Shown: positions 28,851-39,511, counted from the first letter of the stretch. The stretch is 64,000 nucleotides of DNA from Nostoc sp. (GCA_036918135.1 JBALDB010000015.1:192001-256000); one strand, 5' to 3'. The notes: a model not told the origin generated them from the sequence alone. Numbers and translations: made by a program.

Positions 28851-29034
28851 TAGTAACTAATTTGGTAAAAATAAACAATTACTTGTTAAGGTTGGGTATT
28901 AGGAGCGAAAGACGTTTTTATTAGCTGTAGTTCAGGACTGACATACAAAAAAATATCCCTGTGTTCCCACTCAACAGTCATCAATTATTAGTCAGTAACT
29001 TCAAATGAAATAATTTATTTCTTCGCAGCTACGG

Positions 29035-29679
29035 TTAACCTACCTTAATCAAGTTTGATTCAGCTAAGGTGACTTTATTGAGGAAGCAGCGATCCAGCTC
29101 TACTCCAGTCAGATCTACTTTTGTAAAATCAACGTCACTGAAATCGGTTTTAAATAAAACAGCTTTGGTGAGATTGGTATGACTCAGGTCTGTGTTGCTC
29201 AAGTTTGCCCCAATCAGGTTTGCACCACTCAGATTTGCCCTAGCCAAGTTTGCACCACTAAGGTTGGCATAGCGCAAGTCTGCCCCAGCCAAGTTTGCAC
29301 TGCTGAGGTCTGCATCACACAGATCTGCTAAGCGCAAATCTGCTTTCACAAGGTTTCCCCTGTGCAGATCTACCCTGCTGAGAGTTGCGCGAATCATGTT
29401 AGCAGCCTTGAGGTTTACCCAGATTAGGTGCGCTCCACTAAAGTTGGTTCTCCATAGGGATGCCGCAGTTAAATTTGCTTGAGTTAAATTAGCTTTGCAG
29501 AGGTTGGCATGAGATAAAGTCGCATTTGCCAAGTTAGCCCCATCTAGATTAATTCCAGCTAGATAGGCCTCGCTGAGGTTAGCTAAGTGTAGACTTACCT
29601 GGCTAAAATTTCTCTCTCCTGCACAATAGCGTTTGAGAAGTTCATCAGAATCTATACAGCCCGCTTTCAAAATCTCCAT
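29035..29679 (-). CDS. Pentapeptide repeat protein
   Basis: LLKRYCAGERNF cap followed by A(N/D)Lxx repeats. Confidence 0.95.
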   Translation of the reverse strand: MEILKAGCIDSDELLKRYCAGERNFSQVSLHLANLSEAYLAGINLDGANLANATLSHANLCKANLTQANLTAASLWRTNFSGAHLIWVNLKAANMIRATLSRVDLHRGNLVKADLRLADLCDADLSSANLAGADLRYANLSGANLARANLSGANLIGANLSNTDLSHTNLTKAVLFKTDFSDVDFTKVDLTGVELDRCFLNKVTLAESNLIKVG

Positions 29680-29903
29680 TTCTCACCTGAAAATTAAAGT
29701 ATCTAATTAATAATCGTTGGAAATATCCTTTGTTACATTTAGCTGTTAACAAAGGCACCCAACTAAGGACATGAGCATAGTTGCGATCGCTTCACCAAGA
29801 CTACAGGGATTTTCTACTATAAACTTGGATACTCAGCAATACATATCCATCTACAAACCATTGTTAAGCAACGGTTTGATACATGTTTTAAATTTTATTT
29901 AAT

Positions 29904-29921
29904 TATGTAAAGAAATATAAC
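29904..29921 (-). promoter_or_regulatory. Possible HLR1 (RpaB) site
   Basis: Minus strand GTTATATT-TC-TTTACATA versus (G/T)TTACA(T/A)(T/A)-N2-repeat. One mismatch, in AT-rich DNA. Confidence 0.35.
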
Positions 29922-30524
29922 AATATTGTTACAAATAAGCAATACTTTCTCCGCTATGAGTTAATAATTTTTATTTATATAAAAAATAAACTTTGCTTAA
30001 GTAAATTAGCCACAATTTAAGAACTGCTTGCGTGTCTTTGTGAGTATTTACCTATAAGAGCGATCCTAATCCAACTTTTATCACTACATAGCACTATTGA
30101 AATAACCTACCTATTTAGGATGGTTTTTACTACTTTTATTACTGTGCCAAGCTGTGATAAAAAATCTCTATTTTAATTTATCTTTATTTACAAAATTGAG
30201 GAAATAACAAAATAAGAAGCAATAAATGATTGTGGCTATGTAAGTTTAGAAGTAACAGAATTTGTTGCCAAATACCCTACTGCTCAAAGCAAAACTTATG
30301 TAATTTAAAATAGAAGAATATTAATATATCAACTTTCAAAATCTGGTCTAGATTCTCATACAGTCAACCGAACTATTGCCATACTGATATGGAGTCCAAT
30401 TTTACAATCAACTAATAAAAACCACTGTGCCAGTCAGAAGTGCTGAATGGGAGTATAGGGAGAAATAGTCAATAAGAAATGACAAAGCGCAAAGTCAGAA
30501 CTCCGCCTAAGGGCGATATGACAC

Positions 30525-30609
30525 CACTGAAGGAGCCGGGAAACCCTAGTCGAGCAGTGGCTCAACGGCAGTTCTTTTAAGCGGGGGAAAAGAGCCAACA
30601 AACTGCCTC
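30525..30609. repeat. Degenerate GC-rich short dispersed repeats
   Basis: ccactg...gggaaacc...cagtgg and ggcagtt...aactgcc stem-loops in otherwise AT-rich DNA. Confidence 0.5.
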
Positions 30610-30639
30610 AACTTTGCAGGAGAGGACAAATGGGCAAAC

Positions 30640-32169
30640 TTAACGTAGACAACGAATTGCTTCTAATAAACCTCTAGCTTTATTGAGCGTCTCTTCATAT
30701 TCTTTTTCAGGTTCAGAATCAGCCACCAAACCTGCACCAGCTTGTACGCTGACCGTGTTATTATGCACTACCATTGTGCGAATTGCTATAGCACTATTTA
30801 ATTGTCCTTCAAAATCATAGTATCCGTAAACACCGGAATAAACACCCCGACGACTAGGCTCTAACTCATGGATAATTTCCATTGCCCTAATCTTGGGTGC
30901 GCCGCTGACTGTACCTGCTGGAAAACAGGCTTTGAGCAAATCCCATGCTGTTTTATCAAGTGCTAATTTACCCACAACATTGCTGACAATGTGCATGACG
31001 TGGGAGTAGCGTTCAACTACCATTAATTCATCAACTTTGACGCTACCACTTTGGCAAACACGCCCTAAATCGTTTCGTCCTAAATCAACAAGCATCACAT
31101 GTTCGGCAATTTCCTTAGGATCTTGGAGTAAATCCTCAGCAAGAGCTGTATCTTCTTGGGTAGTTTTACCCCGTGGACGCGTCCCTGCGATTGGACGTAA
31201 AGTTGCGATCGCGCCACCATTTGGATCGGTTTCGGCTTTCACCATCACTTCTGGACTCGAACCGATGATTTGCCAATCTTGGAAGTGAAAATAAGCCATG
31301 TAAGGCGAAGGATTTATCTGACGTAGAGAACGGTAAAGAGCAAAGGGGTCAGCTGTGTATGTTGTTGATAATCGCTGGGAAATAACTACTTGGAATATAT
31401 CACCAGCTTTGATATATTCTTTTGCTTTTTGGACGCTGGCACAAAAATCGGGACGAGTAAAGTTACTCTGATACTCCTCTGCTCCCTTGCTCCCCTGCTC
31501 CCCTGCTCCTCTGCTTCCTGGCGGCTTCCATTCCAGCCTAGTTTTTTCGGGTAATAGCGGAAGAGATAGCTTTTCGAGCATTTGGGTAACGCGATCGCCT
31601 GCTTGTTGATATGCTGCTTTGATATCAACTTTCGGATCGCGTAAATCAGCATAGGCGACCGCCCAAATTTTTCGCTTCACCTGGTCAAAAATCAACAGGT
31701 GGTCTACCTGCATCCACAATCCATCAGGGATATTACGCTCATCTGGTGGATGAATTGGTACACGCGGCTCAATCCAGCGAATTAATTCATAGCCCCAAAA
31801 GCCAAATAAACCCCCAATTCCTGGCGGCAACTGTGGTAATTTTACTGGGTGATAAGGTGCTAGACATTCGGCTAAAGCTATAAAAGGATCGCCTGCAAAA
31901 ACTACTTGCGAGCCATCGCGGTTGATTTGAGTCGTGCGATCGCCCCTTGCTTCCAAAACCCACACGGGATCGCAACCCACTAAACTATAGCGTCCGAGTT
32001 TTTCTCCACCTTCTATGGATTCCAACAAAAAACTATAGGGTTGACCTGCACAGACTTTATACCAAGCAGATACTGGCGTATCTAAGTCTGCTACCCATTC
32101 CTGATATACCGGAACGAAGTTACCTTGTGCAGCTAGCACAGAAAATTCAGAAAAATCGGGGAATACCAT
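30640..32169 (-). CDS. trpE: Anthranilate synthase component I
   Basis: FLLES, GDIFQVV, NPSPYM, PIAGTRPRG, EHVMLVDLGRND, GAPKIRAM, QAGAG. Confidence 0.96.
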   Translation of the reverse strand: MVFPDFSEFSVLAAQGNFVPVYQEWVADLDTPVSAWYKVCAGQPYSFLLESIEGGEKLGRYSLVGCDPVWVLEARGDRTTQINRDGSQVVFAGDPFIALAECLAPYHPVKLPQLPPGIGGLFGFWGYELIRWIEPRVPIHPPDERNIPDGLWMQVDHLLIFDQVKRKIWAVAYADLRDPKVDIKAAYQQAGDRVTQMLEKLSLPLLPEKTRLEWKPPGSRGAGEQGSKGAEEYQSNFTRPDFCASVQKAKEYIKAGDIFQVVISQRLSTTYTADPFALYRSLRQINPSPYMAYFHFQDWQIIGSSPEVMVKAETDPNGGAIATLRPIAGTRPRGKTTQEDTALAEDLLQDPKEIAEHVMLVDLGRNDLGRVCQSGSVKVDELMVVERYSHVMHIVSNVVGKLALDKTAWDLLKACFPAGTVSGAPKIRAMEIIHELEPSRRGVYSGVYGYYDFEGQLNSAIAIRTMVVHNNTVSVQAGAGLVADSEPEKEYEETLNKARGLLEAIRCLR

Positions 32170-32337
32170 AAATAGCTAGGGGTTGAAGATTGGGGGCTAG
32201 GGATTGGGGACTGGGTAAGGAAAAGAGGCAGAGGGGAAGGGGGCAGGGTACAAGGGAGAAGCTCCTCCCCTCTGCTTCCTGCTCTCTGCTTCCTGCTTCT
32301 TCATAATCTCTAGTCCCCAATACCCAGTAATTAGTCC

Positions 32338-32757
32338 CTATGCATCGTAGGTAGTTTTACCACTGAACTTGAGTTGTGCTGGACTGGGGTTTTGCCCGAT
32401 ACTGCGTGGCACGAAACGCACTTTCTCACGACCTTCATTTACCTTTTCAGGGAAGACACCATCAGCTGGGTGAATATAAATAGTTTCTCCGTTGGGATAA
32501 ATCCGGTAAACTTTGTAGTCTGCAATCTTGAATTTCCGGAGTTGACCGCCGAAAGCGATGCATTGTTCTTTACGGGCGAAGTACAAGAGGTTTTCGCCTT
32601 TAAGCATAGTGGCGGCACCACCTGTAGGCAATTCAAATACTTGCTCTTTCGGGCTAGTCCAAGTGATAGCGTACTTTTCTTCGACTTCTGCTTTAGAAAG
32701 CAAGCCACCAGTGTTGCCACCATATCGGGGGGTTTGTCCAGAGAGTGTTTCTGCCAT
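32338..32757 (-). CDS. psaD: Photosystem I reaction centre subunit II
   Basis: [49 protein letters not shown] at 32757. Confidence 0.97.
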   Translation of the reverse strand: MAETLSGQTPRYGGNTGGLLSKAEVEEKYAITWTSPKEQVFELPTGGAATMLKGENLLYFARKEQCIAFGGQLRKFKIADYKVYRIYPNGETIYIHPADGVFPEKVNEGREKVRFVPRSIGQNPSPAQLKFSGKTTYDA

Positions 32758-32907
32758 AAGTGTTCTCTCAACGTTTTTAGGGCATCCTAACACCGTAACT
32801 AGGATCATATTGCGATCGCGTTATAGACTGTAACAGTTTTTAGTCATTTATCATTTGTCATTTATTAACCAGTCAATAGTGAACATTCAACAATCATCTC
32901 CCTATCC

Positions 32908-34917
32908 CTATTTAGTCTTGACTTTCGTCCGCTTTTCCTCCTGGGTACTCTGAACAATTGGGATGGTGAAGTGAAACTGGCTACCCTGGTCTTTGCCGGC
33001 TGACTTAGCCCAAATTTGCCCACCCCAGCCATTGACAATTTGACGACAAATTGCTAGTCCAAGTCCAGTACCGCTAGTGGTGCGTCGCAGCGCTCCTTCT
33101 TCTTGATAGAAGCGGTCAAAGACGACTTCTAAGCGATTTGGTTCTATGCCGCGTCCTGTGTCAGCCACCGTGACCTCGACCATTTGATGGCTGTTGCAAA
33201 TCGCTTTAATAATGATTTCTCCTTGAGATGGCGTAAATTTACAAGCGTTGTCTATGAGTTTTGCTAGTACTTCTACCAGCCAATCACCATCAGCTCTAAC
33301 TAAAGGTAGGTCTTGGGGAATTTCAGTCTCGATTTGCGGTGGCTTTTCTGTTGAGGAACGGGTACGAATGCGGCTGAGTGCTAAATCTACACACTCTTGT
33401 AAAGTCAGGGATTCTGGATGCCATTCCACACGACCGCTTTCCAAATTGGAAAGTGTGAGGAAATCTTGCACCAGTTTCCGCATCCGTTCTGAGTCAGCAA
33501 GAGCAGTGTTGAGCATCACCTGTTGCAATTCCAAGGGCATATCTGGCTCGCTAGCCAGACTTTCTAAGCACACTTGAATGGTGGACAGGGGGGTACGGAG
33601 TTCGTGTCCAGTGATGGCTATTAGGTTGCTGCGGGTGCGGTCTAAGGCTTCTAGTTGCTGATTGAGTTCTTCTAGGTTGGCATAAGCTTCGGCTTGGATG
33701 AGAGCTGCTCCCACTTGGGTGGCGATCGCTTTGACTAAATCCAATTCTCCAGGTTGGCACTCGTGCGGTGGCATTCGACAGTAGTGTAACTCGACAATGC
33801 CCAGTAATCGCCCTTGATAAAATACTGGTTCCATCAACCAAGAACGAATGGCAAATTTTTTAGCAATCAACGAAAGTCCAGCAGAATTAGTAACGCGAGG
33901 GTCAGTTTGTGTATCGCTAACACAAATGCCTTCGCCTTGTTGCACGAGCTCCCGAAATAGAGAATTTTTTTCTAACTCCCAGGTTTGTCCACGAATAGAT
34001 AAAACACCAGCAGTTAAAGATTCATGTTCAATGGTCGCTTGGCTATCTGTGGCTTGGGCGCGGTAAATTAGACACCTACATGCATTTAGGTGTTGTCCTA
34101 ATTCTTGTGCTGCTACTTGGAGAACTTCGTGAGGATCGAGCGATCGCCGAATGGCAGTACTAATGGTATTGACTAATCTTTCTTTGCGTGCTTGGGCAGT
34201 AATTGAACGGTAGGCTTTATGTAATTTATACTGACTAGCTTGCAAGTAAGTCACTAAGCGCTGTACAAACGGATCTGTGTCAATGTCACAAGCATATTCG
34301 TTGATTGTATCGGTTCCAAAGTAGGTTCTCGTTTGCCCAATGCCAAACCTCTGACGTGCTTGCTCAATTTTGCTTGTCAGTTCTGGTCTGTAAACCAAAA
34401 TCCTCTTTAACAGCAATTCGGCGGCTTTGAGGCTAACTCCCCTTTCTGATGTCCAAATTCCCTCAAATCTTCGCGCTGTATCCATATCTAGACTGGGGCT
34501 TTGCTCTGGTTGTTGCTTGTTTTTGGCAATAGAACCAAGGTTTTCCCGGCAAACTAAACAAGTCGCATAACTGTCAGCAATTACAACCAAATGCCACTCT
34601 TGACTTAAGCCATCTTCTGGTTCAAAAGCTACCTTTTCGTAGTGTCCGGAACTGTTAGCGAAATCAGTTTCCGGAGCCGACAACACGTATATTTGATTAC
34701 TTCGCAAGGCAAGTCGCTGGTAGCGATGAGCTTCTTGGCGATAGAATCGCTCTCGCTGAAAACTGGCAATTACAAGGGGTTGAGCTAAAGTCGCAGCCAA
34801 AACTTGATCTTCCATCGCGTGGGAGAGCGCTGTTAGTGAAGCCTTAAAATATAGCTGGGGCCGCAAGTAGGGTAGGGACTTTAGCAGATCACTCAGCACA
34901 GAAGTCGAAATGCTCAT
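32908..34917 (-). CDS. hik2: DICT-GAF sensor histidine kinase Hik2 (chloroplast sensor kinase homologue)
   Basis: YFKASLTALSHAMED (DICT), GAF with CRC, HELRTPLSTIQVCLESL, HATPase boxes. Lies upstream of psaD-trpE. Confidence 0.8.
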   Translation of the reverse strand: MSISTSVLSDLLKSLPYLRPQLYFKASLTALSHAMEDQVLAATLAQPLVIASFQRERFYRQEAHRYQRLALRSNQIYVLSAPETDFANSSGHYEKVAFEPEDGLSQEWHLVVIADSYATCLVCRENLGSIAKNKQQPEQSPSLDMDTARRFEGIWTSERGVSLKAAELLLKRILVYRPELTSKIEQARQRFGIGQTRTYFGTDTINEYACDIDTDPFVQRLVTYLQASQYKLHKAYRSITAQARKERLVNTISTAIRRSLDPHEVLQVAAQELGQHLNACRCLIYRAQATDSQATIEHESLTAGVLSIRGQTWELEKNSLFRELVQQGEGICVSDTQTDPRVTNSAGLSLIAKKFAIRSWLMEPVFYQGRLLGIVELHYCRMPPHECQPGELDLVKAIATQVGAALIQAEAYANLEELNQQLEALDRTRSNLIAITGHELRTPLSTIQVCLESLASEPDMPLELQQVMLNTALADSERMRKLVQDFLTLSNLESGRVEWHPESLTLQECVDLALSRIRTRSSTEKPPQIETEIPQDLPLVRADGDWLVEVLAKLIDNACKFTPSQGEIIIKAICNSHQMVEVTVADTGRGIEPNRLEVVFDRFYQEEGALRRTTSGTGLGLAICRQIVNGWGGQIWAKSAGKDQGSQFHFTIPIVQSTQEEKRTKVKTK

Positions 34918-35594
34918 GAATTATCGTTAAACGCTCAATCTCAACAAGATCCACGTCACAGCTGCATTGTACAAATTCCAACGGACTCTCAAGTTAAATA
35001 GATAGTTTCAATATGTAAACAACGTTAAATAAGCACTTTTTGCTTGAGTAAACGCAACACTTTGTTACCAATTAGCAAAAGTGGGTGCAGCTTTATTTAC
35101 AAAATGTAACTAGCCGCAGAGCGCTCTATTACTGGGGACTGGCTTTCTAGAACATACTTCTGATTCTTAATCCCCAATCCCTAATCGTGATGTTTTCAAT
35201 AATAGACCACTAAGCTCAATATATATTCTCGACCAGCTTTACCATCGCTTGATGGCAGTTAAAGCCTTGAGAAGAGTTGCTAGGGTGCGATGCCCCAAAG
35301 TTCCTCGCGTAGGTGATTGGTACAATCATACTGTTAATCAAAGTATACAGTTGAATAGGTGGAGCGATCGCTACCAAAGCAACAAAACTGACAATTGACA
35401 ACTGTTAATAATGCCTCAGAACGGACTTTTAAAATCAGAGGTAGCTATGCTGGAATACTTTAGTGAAGTATGGCTAAACTTAAGATTCTCCAGGAAAAGT
35501 AACTTTTCTCTTTTAGGATATATTGCACCTAATCGATAACAGCTAGAAATAATACGATCGCAAACAGATAGACCTATAGACGGAACTTTGGCTA

Positions 35595-37883
35595 ATGACA
35601 TCAGATGCGCTCATGACCACAGAAAAAATTTTAGTGGATGGAAAAACTTTTATTGCTGCTGAACAATTACCTATTCCGGAGTGGCCTTGTGTTGTGAGTG
35701 AAAGACCACAGCCAACACTCACGGTTAAAGATGATGATTTATTTTTCGTCACAGATACCATAGGCAACATTTCTGGCTGTTTCCTCAATGATGGGAACCC
35801 CAGCATGGGACTGTATTGCTGTGATACGCGATTTCTCAATCGCTTGGAGTTGCAAATTGAAGGGCGATCGCCTGTACTTTTAAGTAGTACTGCCCAAAAA
35901 GGCTTTTCAGTTTCAGTTTTGTGTACCAATCCGAAAATCGACGAACGCTTGAGAGCCGAAACTGTAGGAATTCGTCGGGAAATGGTACTCAATGGCGCGC
36001 TATTTGAAGAAATAGAGGTTTCTAACTACAGCACAACCACCGTCAGTTTTGAACTCAGCATCAGCTTTGATGCCGATTTTGTTGATTTATTTGAAGTTCG
36101 AGGTTATGACAGAGAAAAACGGGGTAGGCTATTACGCCTAGTGGAACCAACAGCCGAAGAAGGAACATTTTCTCTTGGGAATGGGGTTTCGCCTGTAGCC
36201 AAACCAGACGCCTTTAGGGAAGAATCTTTAACACTCGCTTATCAAGGTGTAGATGGCTCGGTAATGGAATCGCGCCTTCTATTCCAACATCGGCAACCAG
36301 ACTATTTCAAGGGTTATACTGCGGTCTGGCAACTAGACTTGGCTTCTCACGAAACCCAAAAGCTCGGCTACCGAGTGAACATGTTGACCAACAGCAAGTC
36401 TACTTCAACTGTCAGCGCTCCCGCTACCTTAGGACAGGCGAAAGATGCTGAGTGGATGGAAGAACAACGTTGGGTACAACAAATTACACGGATTAGCTCA
36501 GATAAGAGTATCTTCAATCGAGTGATTGAGCGAGCTGAGCAAGATATGTATTTGTTGCGTCAGTCCTTTGGTAAGCATAAAACTGTTTCCGCCGGAGTGC
36601 CGTGGTTTTCTACATTGTTTGGGCGAGATTCGCTGATTACAGCTTCCCAAACTTTGATGTTAAACTCGCAAATTGCTAAAGAAACCCTGATACTACTTGC
36701 GACATACCAAGGTCAAATTGACGATGAATGGCGCGAAGAAGAACCGGGTAAGATTTTACACGAGTTACGTTTAGGGGAAATGGCTCGCTGTCAAGAAATT
36801 CCCCATACACCCTACTACGGTACAGTTGACGCTACTCCTTTATGGTTGATGCTGTATGCTGAATATTATGCTTGGACTCACGACCAAGAACTTCTAGAGC
36901 AACTTTGGCCCAATGCTCTAGCAGCAATGGAGTGGATCGATCGCAATACCAAACAAACCAGCTACCTCAGCTACTACCGTAGATCTAAACGCGGTCTTGT
37001 TAATCAAGGTTGGAAAGATTCTGGTGATTGTATTGTTGACTACAAGGGAGAATTAGCCAACGGCCCAATTGCCTTGTGTGAAGTCCAAGCTTACGTCTAT
37101 GCTGCAAAAATGCGCTTAGCAGAAATAGCTAGAATGAAGAAGCGGCTTGATTTGGCAGACCGTTGGCAAGAAGAGGCGAGAAATCTCAAGGCGCGTTTTA
37201 ATCAAGATTTTTGGATGGAAGACCAGGATTTCTGCGCTTTGGCTTTGGATGGAGATGGTAAGCGAGTAGATAGTATTACCTCAAATCCCGGTCATTGTCT
37301 GCATTTGGGCATTTTTACACACGAAAAAGCCTACAGTGTAGCAGAACGGTTACGGGCACCAGATATGTTTAACGGTTGGGGCATTCGTACCCTGAGTAGC
37401 TTGTCACCCGCTTATAATCCAATGGGCTATCACATAGGTTCAGTTTGGCCTCATGATAACGCTTTGATTGCAATGGGATTGCGATCGCTTGGTCTTATTG
37501 ACCAAGCCCTGGAAATTTTCCAAGGTTTATTCGACATGACTAGTCAGCAGTCCTACCAACGTCCTCCAGAACTTTTCTGTGGATACGAACGTAACGGTGA
37601 TAATGCCCCCGTGCAGTATCCAGTCGCCTGCACTCCCCAAGCTTGGGCTACTGGGAGCATCTTCCAATTACTGCAAATGATGGTCAACTTGGTGCCTGAT
37701 GCCCAAAATAACTGTTTGCGAATAATTGACCCAGCTTTACCAGAATCGATTAATCGCCTGTCCTTGCATAATTTACAAGTTGGTACTACAGTCCTCGATT
37801 TAGAATTCGAGCGTTCTGGTAGTACGACTGCTTGTCGCGTTGCCAAAAAACGCGGTAACCTGCGGGTGGTTATCGAAGCATAG
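35595..37883 (+). CDS. Amylo-alpha-1,6-glucosidase / glycogen-debranching-like glycoside hydrolase
   Basis: AGVPWFSTLFGRDS, EEPGKILHE, YYGTVDATPL, NQGWKDS, YHIGSVWPHD, PQAWA. Confidence 0.9.
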   Translation: MTSDALMTTEKILVDGKTFIAAEQLPIPEWPCVVSERPQPTLTVKDDDLFFVTDTIGNISGCFLNDGNPSMGLYCCDTRFLNRLELQIEGRSPVLLSSTAQKGFSVSVLCTNPKIDERLRAETVGIRREMVLNGALFEEIEVSNYSTTTVSFELSISFDADFVDLFEVRGYDREKRGRLLRLVEPTAEEGTFSLGNGVSPVAKPDAFREESLTLAYQGVDGSVMESRLLFQHRQPDYFKGYTAVWQLDLASHETQKLGYRVNMLTNSKSTSTVSAPATLGQAKDAEWMEEQRWVQQITRISSDKSIFNRVIERAEQDMYLLRQSFGKHKTVSAGVPWFSTLFGRDSLITASQTLMLNSQIAKETLILLATYQGQIDDEWREEEPGKILHELRLGEMARCQEIPHTPYYGTVDATPLWLMLYAEYYAWTHDQELLEQLWPNALAAMEWIDRNTKQTSYLSYYRRSKRGLVNQGWKDSGDCIVDYKGELANGPIALCEVQAYVYAAKMRLAEIARMKKRLDLADRWQEEARNLKARFNQDFWMEDQDFCALALDGDGKRVDSITSNPGHCLHLGIFTHEKAYSVAERLRAPDMFNGWGIRTLSSLSPAYNPMGYHIGSVWPHDNALIAMGLRSLGLIDQALEIFQGLFDMTSQQSYQRPPELFCGYERNGDNAPVQYPVACTPQAWATGSIFQLLQMMVNLVPDAQNNCLRIIDPALPESINRLSLHNLQVGTTVLDLEFERSGSTTACRVAKKRGNLRVVIEA

Positions 37884-37892
37884 CAAGGGAGT

Positions 37893-37935
37893 AGGGAGTG
37901 GTGAATTTCTACTCCATAGTCACCACTTCCTTTTT
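37893..37935 (+). terminator. Intrinsic terminator
   Basis: AGGGAGTGGTGA...TCACCACTTCCT followed by a T-run. Confidence 0.55.
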
Positions 37936-38049
37936 CAACTTCTTAACAAAATTCAACTAAATTTAGAACAACCCAAGACAGTATTATGCCGTTTAGTTTA
38001 CAGGTGAATCTTACCTTGTTGAAATGCTGAGTGTAACCAGAGCATTGAA

Positions 38050-38343
38050 CTACCGCTTAGTAGCTTCGCTGAGTGCTTCACGAATGATGTCATCACTCAC
38101 ACCACGCCGTTTTAGGCTGGCAATCAATGTAGAAACAGTATCACCCTCAAGTCGCTCAAGATCGGCTCTCAGTCCTTGTCCAATGTAAGCACGAATTAAT
38201 GGCTGATAACCGGAAAACCCTAATAATGGCGCTACTCGCTTCAAATCCTCAACCACATCTTCGGGAATGCGAATTGTGATTGTCGTCATTGGACGATTTT
38301 TATCAAGTCGCTTTTTTAAGACTTCAGCTTTCATAGTATTCAC
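38050..38343 (-). CDS. Putative antitoxin (BrnA/CopG-like ribbon-helix-helix)
   Basis: TTITIRIPEDVVEDLKRVA...GYQPLIRAYI. Overlaps the 3' end of the toxin gene by 20 nt. Confidence 0.75.
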   Translation of the reverse strand: MNTMKAEVLKKRLDKNRPMTTITIRIPEDVVEDLKRVAPLLGFSGYQPLIRAYIGQGLRADLERLEGDTVSTLIASLKRRGVSDDIIREALSEATKR

Positions 38344-38620
38344 GTTCCTTGCGCGTCGCTTTCCGAGCCGAGACGATCCGAATCATGTCGTTTTCACGTT
38401 CAATGTAGACAACGTACAGAAGATTCCATCGTCTATCCAAGCCAATCACAGCATCCCGTTCCTCATCGTTACGGCTAGCATCAACCATAACTAGAAACGG
38501 ATCGAAGAAAGCTTCTGTGGCTTGCTGTAACGTTATACCATCATGGTTGCTGGGATTAATGCGGGCTTTGTCTTCGTTCCAAACAAAGGTTACACCACTC
38601 AGCACGAAATACACATCCAT
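38324..38620 (-). CDS. BrnT family toxin
   Basis: FVWNEDKARIN..HDGI, F.DP, EER..VIG, IRIVSARKAT..ER. Confidence 0.9.
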   Translation of the reverse strand: MDVYFVLSGVTFVWNEDKARINPSNHDGITLQQATEAFFDPFLVMVDASRNDEERDAVIGLDRRWNLLYVVYIERENDMIRIVSARKATRKEREYYES

Positions 38621-38627
38621 GCTTGAT

Positions 38628-38661
38628 AGTCTAAGGAAGATGTATTTACGTTGTCAATACA
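38628..38661 (-). promoter_or_regulatory. Sigma70-type promoter of the TA operon with an overlapping palindromic operator
   Basis: Minus strand TTGACA-N18-TAGACT. Palindrome TGTATT(T)AC...GT(C)AATACA at 38641..38661. Confidence 0.65.
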
Positions 38662-38798
38662 CTTTGTTGTAAAAACTTACAATTACAATTCAAGGCTGAA
38701 TCTTAATGAGTGCCAAAACCTTGCAATGCTCATCTGTTTTTTGTCTTCCTCAATCCGATAAATAATGCTATCAGAAGTATGGGGAAGCGATCGCCAAT

Positions 38799-38846
38799 AA
38801 AAAAACCTTGGTGGGTACTTTGCGCTATCGCACTCCACCAAGGTTT
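38799..38846 (-). terminator. Intrinsic terminator of the DUF2973 gene
   Basis: AAACCTTGGTGG...CCACCAAGGTTT with an A-run on the left (U-tract on the minus strand). Confidence 0.6.
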
Positions 38847-38882
38847 GTCCTAATCTTTAACTTTTAATTCCTAACTTTATTT

Positions 38883-39212
38883 TTATGCTTCTTCGGAATT
38901 TTCACTCTTATGCCCTGGAGATGCTTCATAGAGTGCATCCAAATGCTGACGAGCATCTTCAACATTAATCGAACGCATTACCAATAATGGCTCTTTAATT
39001 AAGTTGCCCGCGTTATCTAATAATTCTGGATGGGGTATAAACTGTTTTCTTGATGCGTAATAACCAAAGCTACCTTGATTACCCATTGCTGAGGAATTCG
39101 TTGGGTAAGTTCGCTCCCGATCGAAACTAAACATAATCAGGTTACGAATTAAGTTACCAACAGCTATAAATGCAAGGACTGTAAAAGCAAAGATGTAAAG
39201 CAGGTGTAACAT
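38883..39212 (-). CDS. DUF2973 family protein
   Basis: MLHLLYIFAFTVLAF...NLIR, HPELLD..G..I.EPLLVMRS. GGAGG RBS upstream of ATG 39212. Confidence 0.8.
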   Translation of the reverse strand: MLHLLYIFAFTVLAFIAVGNLIRNLIMFSFDRERTYPTNSSAMGNQGSFGYYASRKQFIPHPELLDNAGNLIKEPLLVMRSINVEDARQHLDALYEASPGHKSENSEEA

Positions 39213-39376
39213 TAGATTTTCCTCCAGGGCAGCAATTTTTAAAAGTTTATTTTGTAACGTTTGGTTAGCCGACATGTGACTCGCCATTCGACTCACAGTT
39301 AGGACAAACATTGTAAAGCACTTTTTATGCGCTTATATTGATATGGAGCAATGTGTCAACCGTCATTCCACTTACG

Positions 39377-39390
39377 GTAACATAGGATAC
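39377..39390. promoter_or_regulatory. NtcA-type box GTA-N8-TAC upstream of the DUF2973 gene
   Basis: GTAACATAGGATAC(A). No canonical -10 at 22 nt on either strand. Confidence 0.45.
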
Positions 39391-39511
39391 ATAATTTTGT
39401 TAATGAAAACTGTCTTAAGAGAATGTTAAGAATTTTGTACTATTTATTTAACAACTGAATGCGTTGTTTTGCAATTAGCTAGGCAGTCTGTAAAAATTTG
39501 GCTGATGCTGT

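Noticed and set aside
32374..32833. Alternative ORFs overlapping psaD (and similar shadows within speA, the ATPase, kinases, trpE and thrS)
   Set aside because: Antisense or off-frame shadows of well-supported genes.
35216..35992. Short minus-strand ORFs upstream of and overlapping the glycoside hydrolase
   Set aside because: No motifs or convincing RBS; the longest is antisense to a real gene.
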